NCBI GenBank assembly: GCA_951406725.2
Contig: OX597821.1
Span: 73,346,001 to 73,410,000, forward strand
Reading direction: 5' to 3'
DNA from: Octopus vulgaris
Lineage: Eukaryota
Length of the DNA stretch: 64,000 nucleotides
The position numbers and the translations under genes are program-made. This document shows, one piece after another, positions 52,175 through 64,000 of the stretch (positions are counted from its first letter, which is position 1; every line of letters begins with the position of its first letter). The notes beneath the pieces are model-generated. The model was not told where the DNA came from. It searched no databases and was given only the letters and a program-made list of their open reading frames with translations.

Positions 52175-54853
52175 TAGAGGCAATGACGAATGACAGAGAC
52201 ATTTGGTAATATACTGTACACGAGATCCGTCAAGCCAAGTGAAATAGCAGTCGTGGCTGATGCTGGTTGTCACGTAACCGGTGGCATGTAAACAGCACCA
52301 TTCGAGCATTGGGCCTCACGGAGGCAATAACAGAGACAATTTGCCATTATGTCGTGCTTGAGAAGACCCATCAAGCCGTGCAAATTGCAGTAGTGGTAGA
52401 TACCGATGTCACACAAATAGCACATGTGCCGGTGGAACGTAAAAGCATCCACTACACTCTCAGAGTGGTTGGCATTAGGAAGAGCATCCAGCTGTAGAAA
52501 CCATGCCAAATCCAACTGGAGTCTGGTGCAGCATTCGAGCCCGGGTTAAACCGCTCAACTCATACCAGCATGGACAACGGAGGTTAAATGATAAAAAATA
52601 TTTCGAAAATTTTGAAATTTTAAATAGGGGTAGGGTAAAAAAAAAAAAAAAAATTGCATATTCATAATCTCCGAAATCTGAAACGTAGGAATCCGAAAAA
52701 TGTTTTTACAAAAAATGCATTTTTTCAGGAGAGGTTGCTATTCTGCATTCAGCCCCGATGTGTGTGTGTGTATGTATTTGTGTCCCCCGTACCATAGCAT
52801 GACAACCGATGTTGGTGTGTTAACATCCTCGTAACTAGCGGTTCGGCAAGAGAGGACGATAGAATAAGTACTAGGCTTATAAAGAATAAGTCCTGGGGTA
52901 GATTTCTTCGACTAAAGGCGGTGCTCCAGCATGGTCGCAGTAAGCAAATAAAAGGTTATAAGGGGTGCTTAAAACCAGAATTCCTCCGATGGCTTTTTAA
53001 GTCGTTACAAAAACTTTAATAAGCACGGAAACTGGTTTTCTTAATACATTTTTCTTTCATGTATTCGAGAAAATAAGTAGCAGTGATTTAAAGTAGGATC
53101 AACTACTTCCAGCAAAGCTTCGATTAGGGGGGGGGGATACCAAAGTTTCAGTAAAAAGAATTACACGATTCTTATCAAATTTTAGCTCAGCTAAAATTTG
53201 ATAAAAATTTTCTAAATCTTACTGAAAGTTTGAATAATGAATACAAGTTATACAGTTAACACCACACATGGATTTTATCCATTTTATAGCCGAAAACTAA
53301 ACATCAATATTTGTTATTTTGAGGCATTACAAAAACCTTTCTGAATACAATTTAAAAAAACCGTTTGACATCACAGAACCATTAACGACAAAAAGGTTTG
53401 TGTTAAACCATGAAGTATACACGATTCATGTGGTCAGTTATTAAAACTTTTCCTCGAGCGATAATAACGTGAATAAGTTCATTCGATCCGTTAAATAACG
53501 GCACCAAGCACTGGTTACAAGGTGCGTGTTCCATGATCTTCAATAGTGTTATGCGACTTGTGATTAAAAGATAAGAGACATGACTATTGGTGATTTATCG
53601 CCATCAAAGAAAAGCTTACTTGATTTCTCTCTTTAAGTGGACTGACTGCATCATCAGACAAATCCCCAATATTTCTTCTCTTCATTGTCTGGTCATCCTT
53701 TTTTTGCTTGCGCAACTCAACGGAAACTTCAGCTCTTCGCCGCCTCATCTCCTGAAAAAAAAAAAAAAAAAAAAAGATAATTGCTGTAGTTAGGATAAAA
53801 TATTGAACTTGATGTAAAAAGGCATCGACGAACCGGTTTTATTGTGTTTGATCGCCGCTGCCTCATACTCCCAATTCGAAATCCAGTGGGTGGAGAAGAG
53901 AAATTCTTTATAGTTAAATAAAATTCTATACATTTTGAAAACAACCAAAAACTACAATTCCAAAAGAACACGAGAATAAATTAATATTTTAAATTACACA
54001 AAGTGTGTTAAAGGTTAACGATTTAAACTTTCAAATATAAGGCATTTGACAGGTTTTAAACGATACAGCCTTTGTTTCGGGAAACATTTAAATAGCTTTC
54101 AAAAATAAAATTAAGTTCATTTTTTTTTTATCTAGCTCCTCAAACGGTATGGGGAGAGGGGGGGGGGTCGCCGTTAAGATTGAGTTCATATCGGTAATTT
54201 CACCATCCGATGAAAGGGAAAAGCCGCGAATTCTAAGACAAGCTATGGAGTGGAGACGTTCACGCCTTCATCAACCATTTGAGGTGACGTAGATTCTATT
54301 CGGGAATGGAAGGCGAAATATATATATATATACATAAATAAAAATTAACAACCCTCAGTACGTTGCCAGTGCCCGTTATGTAATTACCGTAATTAACGGT
54401 AATTTAAAACAATACATTTATTGAATTTTTTTTTGTATTTCGTCATTTAAAACTGACGCAATAAAACTCGGAATGTTTAAATCTTAGTTCGTAAATTCAG
54501 ATTATTTAAAAAGAGTTCGTCGATAAAAATTTGAAACTGTCGAGAAATGACCACCCGTTATGAGCCGTGGTACATGTGTAAAAGCAGACATTCCTGGGAA
54601 TAGTAATACAAAACTTTCATAAATTTAATAAGTAGGGCTAAATGATCTCTTTAATTACAAATTGAATATAAAACGATTGTTAGGTGGGTGGTGTGAGAGA
54701 TTAAAACTATACTGTATTTAAATTAATACAATCCAAGATTAAAGGACGATAATATCGACCATTATTATTGCAAGAAATGTTCCAAAAACTTACTGTTAGG
54801 TCGCGGCCGAGGTTCTTGTAAGATTTTTGACGTTGAACATCCTGTTCTGGCAT
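46447..54853 (-). CDS. KPNA2: Importin subunit alpha, KPNA2/pendulin type; coding exons 54853-54794, 53751-53620, 51370-51183, 50517-50345, 50253-50171, 50084-49874, 49778-49669, 48898-48722, 47320-47138, 46799-46650, 46530(or 46533)-46447 (516-517 aa)
   Basis: IBB domain [28 protein letters not shown]; ARM repeats [78 protein letters not shown]; C-terminal [35 protein letters not shown] closely resembles KPNA2. All introns are GT-AG with matching phases. Family call is very secure; paralogue call somewhat less so. Confidence 0.93.
47777..47984. mobile_element. piggyBac-type MITE (second subfamily) in a KPNA2 intron
   Basis: TTAA|CCCTTTACC ... GGTATCGAATGGG|TTAA. Confidence 0.7.
49080..49280 (+). 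mobile_element. Degenerate copy of the 4952-5172 MITE family
   Basis: Shares gcatttaaac.ggcca.atcc.gcc...ttttatgttcaaactggcc.gatctgg..tctcacacc.accctacaatatc with 4952-5172. Confidence 0.7.
49339..49635 (+). mobile_element. tRNA-derived SINE family D (related fragment at about 45555-45820)
   Basis: A box tggcccagtgattag, B-box-like gttttgattccc, and a shared gggcgttg..aaaacac.taaagc.ccac..gggtggtgg segment. Confidence 0.65.
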
Positions 54854-55079
54854 TTTGAGTGAATTTTAATTCTAGAAAGAAAAAAAGAATTTAAATATGA
54901 AAATTTGAAAAAAAACTAGTAAAATTCATTTGTAAATTGTATAAAAATTACAAAGTTGGTATTGATAAAATAAATATTTCTTACAGAAAATAGAAAACAA
55001 GTTCAGTTGAATTAATAAAAATAAATGAGTTGAAAACAGTCGGAGAACAAGACGTGAATGATTCGGACTTAGAATCCAA

Positions 55080-55220
55080 CTAATATTTGAAAATTAAAAG
55101 CCGACCGTTTAAACAGAATGCTTCTTACATTTGATTGGTTAGTTGCGTTACACACTTTGTTTTCTGATTGGTCGCTTTAAAACTCACAGCCAACCAACTT
55201 CAGTTCTGTTGTTTGAAATT
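55080..55220 (-). promoter_or_regulatory. KPNA2 core promoter: two CCAAT boxes 33 bp apart plus CHR-like (TTTAAA/TTTGAA) and MYB-like motifs
   Basis: ATTGG on + at 55134-55138 and 55167-55171; CCGTTTAAAC at about 55105-55114; TTTGAA at 55086-55091. It lies just upstream of a likely 5'UTR exon (donor ttct|gtaaga at 54985, acceptor at 54871). Confidence 0.6.
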
Positions 55221-55381
55221 AATACTGTTAGTTCTATACTAAACTTTCCACTTCTGTCAATAATAATACAATTGGTAATTAATTAGACAAAGGGTATGGA
55301 TTGTAATTAATTCCACGCCAAAACTCATACGTAATTATGAAAAAAAAAAAAAAATTAATCCTGTAAACAAATACCAAATTA

Positions 55382-55692
55382 AGTACTACTTGAGAACTGT
55401 GGTCCCAGTGCGCGCACTCGCGTACTCGCGCATCCGCGCTAGCTAGTCATGACTAGTCGATCCTGTCTCTGTGTTTTTGTTATTTGCTTTGTTTAAAAAA
55501 TTATTTACTTTGTGTTTTTGTGTTTTATTTACTTTGTTTAACAAAAATTATTTACTTTGTGTAAAAAAGTTATTTATTTTGAGTTTTATTTACTTTGCTA
55601 GGTAGTTGTAGGATCGACTAGTCACGACTAGCTAGCGCGGATGCGCGACTACGCGAGTGCGCGCACCGGGACCGCTGTTCTCAAGTAGTGCC
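55382..55692. mobile_element. 311-bp MITE with ~80-bp TIRs and an 8-bp target-site duplication (CCAAATTA), possibly Merlin-like
   Basis: Left arm agtactacttgagaac...gtcgatcct is the near reverse complement of the right arm aggatcgac...gttctcaagtagtgcc. CCAAATTA flanks both ends (55374-55381 and 55693-55700). The interior is AT-rich ttatttactttgt repeats. Confidence 0.85.
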
Positions 55693-55994
55693 CCAAATTA
55701 TAACGCAATAATATTAAACATTTTTTTTAATATCTTAAAAAATATAACAATTTAGTATTAATATCAAGCATTCAAAGTGCATAATTTGATTTAGAAAAAT
55801 ATTTAAAATTTGAATAAAATAATAATTATTTAATTTCAAGCAACGCTCAATAAAAGTAAATATTTAGGATGAAATTTTTTTCCTTTTAGATATTCTTCGC
55901 TCAGAAAACAAACAAAGAAAAAAAAAAGATTTATATAAAATATGTAAGACTATAAAATATAAGATTATGAAATAAAAATATCTTTTATCAAAAG

Positions 55995-56067
55995 TTAGGT
56001 GGGGCGACTATTTAGCGGAAGTTCTGAGACGTTGGTAGTGCGCATGCTCAGACTAGTTGTTGATAAC
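55995..56067 (+). promoter_or_regulatory. FGFR1OP core promoter with GC-box, ETS and NRF1-like motifs
   Basis: GGGGCG, CGGAAGT and TGCGCATGCTCA all lie within about 70 bp upstream of the ATG. Confidence 0.55.
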
Positions 56068-59000
56068 ATGTCTACCAGTGAAGACGACAATGAGTTGCGA
56101 GATCTTTTGGTTCAAACTTTGGAATCAAACGGCACACTGGCAAAGATTCGGGTGAGTCTAATAACGAAAACCGAACTCTCCTCTACCTATTGATATCTCT
56201 TACAACGCCATTTATTGGGCCTGGAACCTATTTTGCCCCCCTGCAAACCCCCCAATGTTGATGTTTCGAGTTGTTTACCTTGTGACGAAAAAACTTGTCA
56301 AATCGCTTTTGAGGACGTTTTTAACTTTTGCTAATTAATTAAATCACCCAGAAACGAGGAAATATCTTTAGAACAGTGTTATGGAATTACTCTGTCCTCT
56401 TTCTGTGTTTCTTTTGTTGTAGTTGCCATGGCAGGACTTGGTTTGTTTTCTCGTTGCAATCGCCTCTCAGCCAAGTCCAGACAGGATTCAGACACGACGA
56501 CCATTCGCAACGGCGTAGCGTTAGCAACGGAATGCAACAGCAAAAGTTTTAGCCATAGCACCACATTGCTTCAAATTAACTTTTCATTTTGGGGAAATAT
56601 ATTAAAGTTAAACCTCTCTGCACTTATTACTTAAAGTTTCGCGCTGCTTATATATTATATGTATATACACACAAACACACACTTCAAACAATTATAATAG
56701 CTGCACTCGTAAATACGAATGTACTTTTGGATAAGGGGGGGAAAAAAATTGTCGAAATTGTCGGCATTCTTTCGTTTCCAAGTCCATAAAACTTCTATCA
56801 TACTTCCGTCTTCGACTGAATTTTTTCAACTGTTTTGTCGTGACGGTCCGGTCTTCTGCTTGAAAAGTTCTTGGGAGTGTCCCTGTGTTTCTTAGAAATT
56901 TTCAACGCTTGCTTGCACTAAGCTTATAAAAGTGCGAAAGCGAGTCTTTGTTTCATTTCGTAGAAATATGACTTAGGTGTCTTCAAGCGGAAATATACCA
57001 GTAATTAGCCACTATTATGTGTGTCTCATCTATCTATCTATCCTTCCATCCACCACACTACCAATGTTACCACCGTCTCCCCCATCAACCTATTGCTTAC
57101 CAGGTTCTTTCATCCGTCTCTTTATCACTCGAAACCTTTCATCTTTCCTCCCTCACCTATGCTACCTGCATCATCCCTTACTGCTCACGAACTCTTTACT
57201 GCCAGCCATCACTCTTTCTCCACCGAACCACTTCTATTGCCACCCATCACCTACTCTTGCCTTTATCTCATCATCCATTCTTTTGTCCACCTCACCTATC
57301 ACCTCACCCTTAGATCCCAAATAACCCTACCTTTGTCCCATTAAACTCTCGCACCTTCCACCCATTGTGGTCCTTTTCACGACTTCGCTTTCTCTCCTGT
57401 TCCCTTCCTTGATTATTTCAGCAAATGTACATGTCTCAAATGAGTATTCTCTCGATTTGAACTCCTCTATTTCCTCTTCCCTCTCATGACTCACTTTTGG
57501 TCTTTCTGCTATCATCAACCTCTTTTCTATTCCCCTCATCACGCTACACACCTTAGGTCACCGATATTCCCTTCCTTTACTGTATACAAGACTTCCCTCT
57601 TACCGTGCTGGGGGCCATGATGGAAACTTCCCTCCCTAGCATACTTTAGGGATTGGTGACTGAGACTTCTCCACTGTAGACACCATGAAGCAAGTGGGCA
57701 GAGAAAGCAGATGGTTGTGAGGCAGTTCCTTTAGTTCTGTCCTGCTGAGGACTCTTCAACCTCTCAAGTGTGAATTCCATGAGAATATGCACCAAATATA
57801 CTCTGTGAAATGGCTAGCAATAGGTATCCAACCATAGAAACACACAGGAGTATCATTCTATAGGAGCAATGACCCTCCTCCCCGTCCTCATAAGAAATGA
57901 CTTGGACCATGACAACCTCTTCCTACCTATACCAGCATGTAAAGTTATTTATTTATGCTAGACATAAGTTTCGTAAACTACAAAATATAAATATCCACAC
58001 CACCACACTTGAAACATACCTGTTATAAATCTTTATCTCAATCTGAATGCACATGAAGGTATTTAGAATGCCCAACCTTACTTCTGCAAATGTGCTAAGC
58101 ACTGATGCTGATCATAGTTTAATCAATAAGCGTAGAAGTGGGAAAATGCAATAAAAATAGTGGGGGTCAGTGGGGCTCATTTAAGTGGCCCTTCAGAAAT
58201 TGAATCTTTTTATGATACTCCCTGGGAGTTCATGATATGAAATTCGTTGTCGTTGCTCCAATTTGGACTCCAATGCCATGTATTCAGTTTAAAATGCAGT
58301 AAAAATAGGGGCAGGATCAGTGGAGCCCCAATTAAGTGGCCCTTAAAAAGGTAGACCCCCTTAGGACATTCCCTGGGATTAAAGGAGTTGCTGGTTTGAG
58401 TTTCATTGTCCTTGCACCAACGGTTAATGAACATAAAAACATACACACACACACAGACATCCATATATGCCAACACACAAACTAATGTAGTTATGGATAT
58501 TGGTGTGGACCTTGCTTTGTAGTTGAGAAGTTTGCTTTCCGACCGTTGTGATTTTGGATGTCTGATGATTAAAGTGATGTTATTCTGTCACATTTTAGTT
58601 CATCTTATGTTTTTAATGTTTTCTACATTGTTAGGTAGCAAAGTTAATTAGTTTATGTTCATTAATTAAATCTATGTTTACAGTTCTTGATTGCTTATTT
58701 CTTAGGTTATAACTATTTCCCCTTTTATGTATTGGCAATATGTGATTTTGTCTACATCCAATAATGTATGTTCAATATATTTAGTTCACTAGTTTATTTC
58801 AATGTTCTGTGGTTTTTAACTTGTTCTTGGGGTGACAATGTCTGTTTTGATAATATTTCTCTGTTTTTTTTTTATATCTCATTTCTTTTATTCACCTATT
58901 GCTTTGTATCTATAGCTGACGATTTATGTTTGAGATTTGAGGTTTGTATTCGTAACTATAAGCAGGTGCAGATATATTGAACATATACAGGCGCAGGCGT

Positions 59001-62000
59001 GGCTGTGTGGTAAGAAGCTTGCTTTCCAACCACATAGTTCCAGGTTCAGTCCCACTGCGTGGCAACTTTGGCAAGTGTCTTCTACTATAGCCTCTAGCTT
59101 ACCAAAGCCTTGTGAGTGGATTTGGTAGATGGAAACTGAAACAAGCCTGTCATATATATATATATATTTGTGTGTCTGTGTTTGTCCCCTGCCATTGCTT
59201 GGCAACCGATGCTGGTTTGGCAAAAGAAACCAAAGAATAAGTCCTGGAGTTGATTTCTTCGACTCACACCCTTTAAAGCAGTGCTCCAGCATGGCCACAG
59301 TCAAATAACTGAAACAAGTAAAAAAAAAAAATTGTGCCAAAGGTGCTTCATAATCTCACATCTCTGCTCAGTTGTTGGTTTCTTACATAGAAGCATGAGT
59401 CCTATAGGCATGAATGGTAGTAATGAAAGGCCTGTGAGGAGGAGGAGAAACCGGATCATAAAAATGCTCAATATTCTGAGATGGGAGCCTGTATTCAAGG
59501 TAACCTGCTACAACCCTCTGCTCTGCTATGTGTAGCAACAGTCGTTCAAGAATTTGGACCTGGAGATCTCTATTTCCAGCGACTTCGATGGCCACCTCCC
59601 AGTGGTGTCCGGCATCAACGAAGAGCCCTTGACTACAACAAGAGAACTAAATTTTTTTTTTCCAAGGTCTGGGGTCTCCCACCCCTTAGCCCTAGACCAT
59701 CACCTAATCACCCTTACCCGTCTTGTTGCTTAACAACAACAGCAACTGCAGCAAGCTGATCTTGCTAAATAAACCACACTGCAGCTTCCAAACATAGCAG
59801 CAACCGGTACCTACCAACATTGTCTGTCTGTCTGCTTAAGAACAGAGTAAATAATTGATGTTGCCTCCAGACCAATAACAGCAAGTGACCATCGAGTAGC
59901 CATCTTGAATTTATCTCCTGCTCAGATGGAGCAACAGCTTCGTTTTACGAGTCTGTGAAGCTTGCATGAAGCTGAATCAAATTGTTAACATATGTAGTTC
60001 TTACCATATGAGCACCACTAACTTTCACTTATCCATTCATTTGTGGGTCTTACAAGTTACATGGTAACCTCACAAGAGCTGCTGGCATGAAAAAGGTACC
60101 GTGTACACTCTGTAGTAAAGTGGTTGTCATTAATGAGGACCTTCAGCCACAGAAACCATTCCAAAGATGACATAGAAGCTCAACTCTGCCCTGCAGGTTA
60201 CTGGTTCCCTGTCAGACTGTTCCTTTGATGCCAGCATGGGAAAACTGATCTGAAGTGATGATGATATATATATATATATCAAAGAAAATATCTGTGATAA
60301 TTAAGAGCTCAATAAGCTGCAACACATTATTATTACATTGCAGTAAATCCATTTGGGATTGACTTGGCTAAAACGATCTTTAAAAACATATACAGCAAAA
60401 CAGCATAAATTGGTACAAAATTTCTCTCCCAAGATACATTAGAAGAAATATTTATAAGCTGATGTGACTGTGAAATGTGTTCTTTTTCACAGTTGTAAAA
60501 AAAACAAATGTAAACATGTTTATTTATCAGCTGATTTGTTGATTTCAGGTATAATTTTGAAATTTCTATTTTTCTGTAGGCCCAGTTACGTGCAAGTGTT
60601 TTCTTAGCTCTTGAGAAGCAGGAGCCAAGCCAGGTAAATGATTTTAAATATATATTTTGAGAAGATATACTATGATGTAAAATTTTCCTAATTTACTTTT
60701 AAAATATTTGATTTAGAATAATACTCATATATACATCAACATCAAAATTTCATACAAATCAAATGGAAATTGTAGTTGTAACTCCTGTGCTAGTACCATG
60801 TAAAAAGCACCATCCAAACGTGGCTGATGCCAGTGCCACTTTGGCTTCTGTGCCGATGGCATGTAAAAAGCACCATCCAATCATGATCGATGCCAGCTCT
60901 TCTGCCTCCTGTGCCAGTGGCACGTAAAAAGTACCCACTACACTCTTGGAGTGATAGGCGTTAGGAAGGGCATCTATCTGTACAAACACTGCCAGATCAG
61001 ATTGGGGCCTGGTGCAACCTGGCTTTCCAGATCCCAGTTGAACTGTCCAACCCATGCCAGCATGGAAAACGGTCCTTAAACGATGATGATACATCATTGA
61101 TAGGCCAGATACTACTGTATTTGCTCTGAGATGACATCTTTTTCTATGACCATCCTGTGTTAAAAACACTTTAAGTATTGGAAGAAGATGAAAACAAAAA
61201 AATCAGCCCAACAGTGGCCAACAAGAATGCTAAATGTGTAGTCACAACCAGCCACGTGTCTGGACAAGAATTCATCTGCTTCAATTTAGGAAAAGGTGAA
61301 AACATTCACAGGTGTTATGAGTAGTTGCTCAGTTGAATAAAAGTTTGATATATTCAACTGAGACGATATTAAATTGTGTGAAATGAATCTAATACTGTAT
61401 TGTATAATTAGACCCCCCCACCCACCATCATCCTCCATTTTGATGTCCATTTTTCTGTACTCACTGGTCAGACAGAATTTGGTGAGGCAGATATTATCTT
61501 GCTGGATGCCTTTCCTGTCAACAACACTCATCTGTTTCCGGGCAAGGGAATATTTCTTCATGGTTTTCATGGAAGAATGGAAACCGTGACACTTGTTTAC
61601 ATCATACGCGCTCACAGCAAGGAGACTAACGTACACACACATGCAAGAGACTTGCCCAGGTGCCATGCAATGGGACTGAACCCCAAACCACATGGTTGGG
61701 AGGCAAGCTTCTTAAACATCTAGCCAGGCCTGTGCCCTTGGCTAAATGGAAACAAAATGCTCATTCAGGGAGTTTTTGTCTATTAATTGCTATAAGGTGA
61801 TATAGCTTTATTTTCCTCTCTCTTTCTGTTGACGACCAGTTTGACTTCCAAGTCACAGTTGATTGGTTACTAATAAGAAAATCATTTGGCTGTGAAAGCA
61901 ATTACTACCACAGTATTTATAATATTTAGCAATATCTCTTGGACTTTAATGAAATATAAAGACTAGAAAAGGGGGACATAACTCCTTAGCATTCAAACTG

Positions 62001-62465
62001 GCCATACCTGGCTCAAATATTTGATCTGTTTTATGTCCACCTGGCCAGATCTGCCTTCTCACACATATCCTACAATGTAATTCTAAAAATAAACAATCAC
62101 ATCATTGAAATCTCATAACTATGAGATAATGCACAATTGATTTGAAACAATGTGAATAAGTAAGCATATGCTAACGAGATAAACTAAATTTGTAAAGTAT
62201 GGTGGTTGATCCTTTTTTTTTTGTGCGTGAAATATATTTATCAGCTGTAGTTATACTTTATATTTTTATATAGCTATCTATTAATGTAATAATATTTTGG
62301 ACGTGTATCTTCTTTGATGATTTTTTTGATGTAATTTTTCCTGCTCTTACTTTATAATTGCTCTTATTAAATGTCTAAATACTTTTCAGGTTTTAGACAT
62401 TTCCCTACCAAAAGCACTTATTTGAAATTCAGTATTTGTATTCTCATTGAATATATTTGATTAAC

Positions 62466-62497
<32 letters not shown>

Positions 62498-63574
62498 TAC
62501 ACATATATTCATATGATATATTCCTCTGCTCTTAACATATGTCTATATGAGAGCACCTCTCATGCCAATTCTTGCTCAATTTGGCATTTTCACAGCTGTA
62601 CCCCACACCAGTGTCACATAACCAGCCCACTCAAAAGTTCCTTGGATTGTAGGGCGACACGCCATGCTTGAGGGGGACCTATTGAGTCAAATACATCAGA
62701 ATCAAATCAAATCACATTCAAATGGAAATTGTAGTTGTAACCCCTGTGCCGGTGGCATGTAAAAAGCACCATCTGAACATGGCTGATGCCAGCACCCCCT
62801 TGACTGGCTTCTGTGCTGGTGACACATAAAAAGTACCATCTGATCGTGGTCGATGTCAGCTCCTGTGCGGGTGGTCATATAAAAAAGCACCCACTACACT
62901 GTCAGAGTGGTTGGCATTAGGAAGGGTATCCAGCTGTAGAAACACTGCCAGATCAGACTGGAGCCTGGTGCAGCCTCCTGGCTTGCCAGACCCCAGTCGA
63001 ACCTATGCCAGCATGGAAAGCGGACGTTAAACGATGATGATGATCCATGTTTCGAAGGATATAAAGACTCCCTTTTTGCTATTAATACTACTCAGTGAGT
63101 TAGTAAAATCATTAGCAAGCAAAATGCTTGGTGGTATTTTGTCCTTCTTTATGTTCTGAGGTCCACTTTGCCTTTCATCCTTTTGCAGGGGTCAATAAGA
63201 TAAGTACCAGTTATGCACTGGTGTTCAGTGTAATCAACTCCCCCCCCCCCCAATTGCTGGCTTTGTGCCAAAATTTGAAACCAATATCATATTCTTTGAT
63301 CAAGTGGTGAGAGCTGGCAGAATGGTTAGCAGTATTTTGTCTGTCCTTATGTCCTGAGTTCAAATTCCACCGAGGTTCACTTTGCCTTTCATCCTTTCGT
63401 TGTGCCCTGGGGTTGATGTTACTGACTTGAAATTCCACCCCACCTCTCCTGAAATTGCTGGCCTTGTGCCAAAATTTGAAACCAGTACTTATTCAATATT
63501 TGTTTATTTTTTTCCTTAGAATAAGGCTCCTTTGCTTAATGCCAAGCTGAAAGCATTTTTAAATACTAAAGATG
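56068..63574 (+). CDS. FGFR1OP: FGFR1 oncogene partner / centrosomal protein 43, first three coding exons 56068-56151, 60580-60633, 63520-63574; gene continues beyond the right edge
   Basis: Spliced MSTSEDDNELRDLLVQTLESNGTLAKIR-AQLRASVFLALEKQEPSQ-NKAPLLNAKLKAFLNTKDG matches the human FOP N-terminus (EEDTELRDLLVQTLENSGVLNRIKAELRAAVFLALEEQEKVENKTPLVNESLKKFLNTKDG). Junctions are canonical GT-AG. Confidence 0.93.
56422..56528 (+). promoter_or_regulatory. RFX X-box-like motifs in FGFR1OP intron 1
   Basis: GTTGCCATGGCAGG (56422-56435) and GTAGCGTTAGCAAC (56515-56528), compared with the X-box consensus GTTGCCATGGCAAC. Confidence 0.5.
58990..59325 (+). mobile_element. tRNA-derived SINE family B copy in FGFR1OP intron 1
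   Basis: ggcgcaggcgtggctgtgtggtaag head through the gtgctccagcatggcc tail. Confidence 0.8.
60727..61090 (+). mobile_element. Retroposon family A copy in FGFR1OP intron 2
   Basis: Leader, tandem units, core and GAT tail. Confidence 0.75.
62530..63045 (+). mobile_element. Retroposon family A copy with the longest 5' extension in the window
   Basis: Extends 5' through gacctattgagtcaaatacatc into sequence related to 52200-52592. Confidence 0.75.
63095..63485 (+). mobile_element. Two direct SINE family C copies just upstream of FGFR1OP exon 3
   Basis: cactttgcctttcatccttt...aattgctgg..ttgtgccaaaatttgaaacc occurs twice. Confidence 0.7.
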
Positions 63575-64000
63575 GTGAGTTTCAATCATTTTTATTATTT
63601 CATAATTATCAACACCCTGTTTGTTACATCATTAATTACCATTTTGTGTTAGACATGTTATAATAGCTTTATATTTTTGTTGTTTTTTTCCAAATCAGTC
63701 CTGACACAGCAGATCTACAATCAAGAGCAGTCTGGCTGTAACAGTGTCTTCTTTGATTCAGACACAATACATTGAGAATTATTCTATCCAACATCATCAT
63801 TATATGTTTGTGTTCTTTGCTGGTATGGATTGGACGGCTTGACAGGGGCTGGCCCCCTTGTTTGTTTTGGTTTGGTTTCTACGGTTGGGTGCCCTTCCTA
63901 ATGAAGCTACTTTACTGAGTTACTGGGTGCTTTTCCCATGGCGCCATTCACTGACAGGGTCACCAAGTACCTTGCAAGACAGAAGCCTGTCAACTGGGTG

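Noticed and set aside
55384-55690. CACTA-superfamily assignment for the promoter MITE
   Set aside because: There is no 3-bp TSD at the CACTA boundaries; an exact 8-bp TSD appears two bases further out.
56977-57551. Overlapping ORFs in a CT-rich stretch
   Set aside because: Low-complexity pyrimidine-rich intronic sequence with no domain or splice support.

Overview
Eukaryotic, AT-rich, repeat-dense genomic DNA, most likely an octopus or other coleoid cephalopod (inferred from recalled SINE/LINE families, not from a search). Four spliced protein-coding genes can be rebuilt by hand with in-phase GT-AG junctions. They are PNISR/SFRS18 (minus strand, first two coding exons, running off the left end), COQ3 (plus, 5 exons, 347 aa), a KPNA2-type importin-alpha (minus, 11 coding exons, 516-517 aa) and FGFR1OP/CEP43 (plus, first 3 exons, running off the right end). 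COQ3 and KPNA2 are tail-to-tail with crossed polyA signals. KPNA2 and FGFR1OP are head-to-head across about 1.2 kb that holds two CCAAT boxes 33 bp apart, CHR-like motifs and a MITE with an 8-bp target-site duplication. The rest is SINEs, RTE LINE fragments (one with a PHD-like finger after the RT), a Penelope fragment, several hammerhead-ribozyme-like relics, piggyBac-type MITEs, a 1.9-kb tandem duplication and a ~3.45-kb strand-asymmetric (TA)n array. Most ORFs in the supplied track are spurious. I found no convincing wholly new multi-gene system. The best leads are the hammerhead relics, a 66-bp element repeated in two KPNA2 introns, the promoter MITE, the PHD-bearing RTE, two unexplained promoter-like regions and the PNISR-COQ3 linkage.
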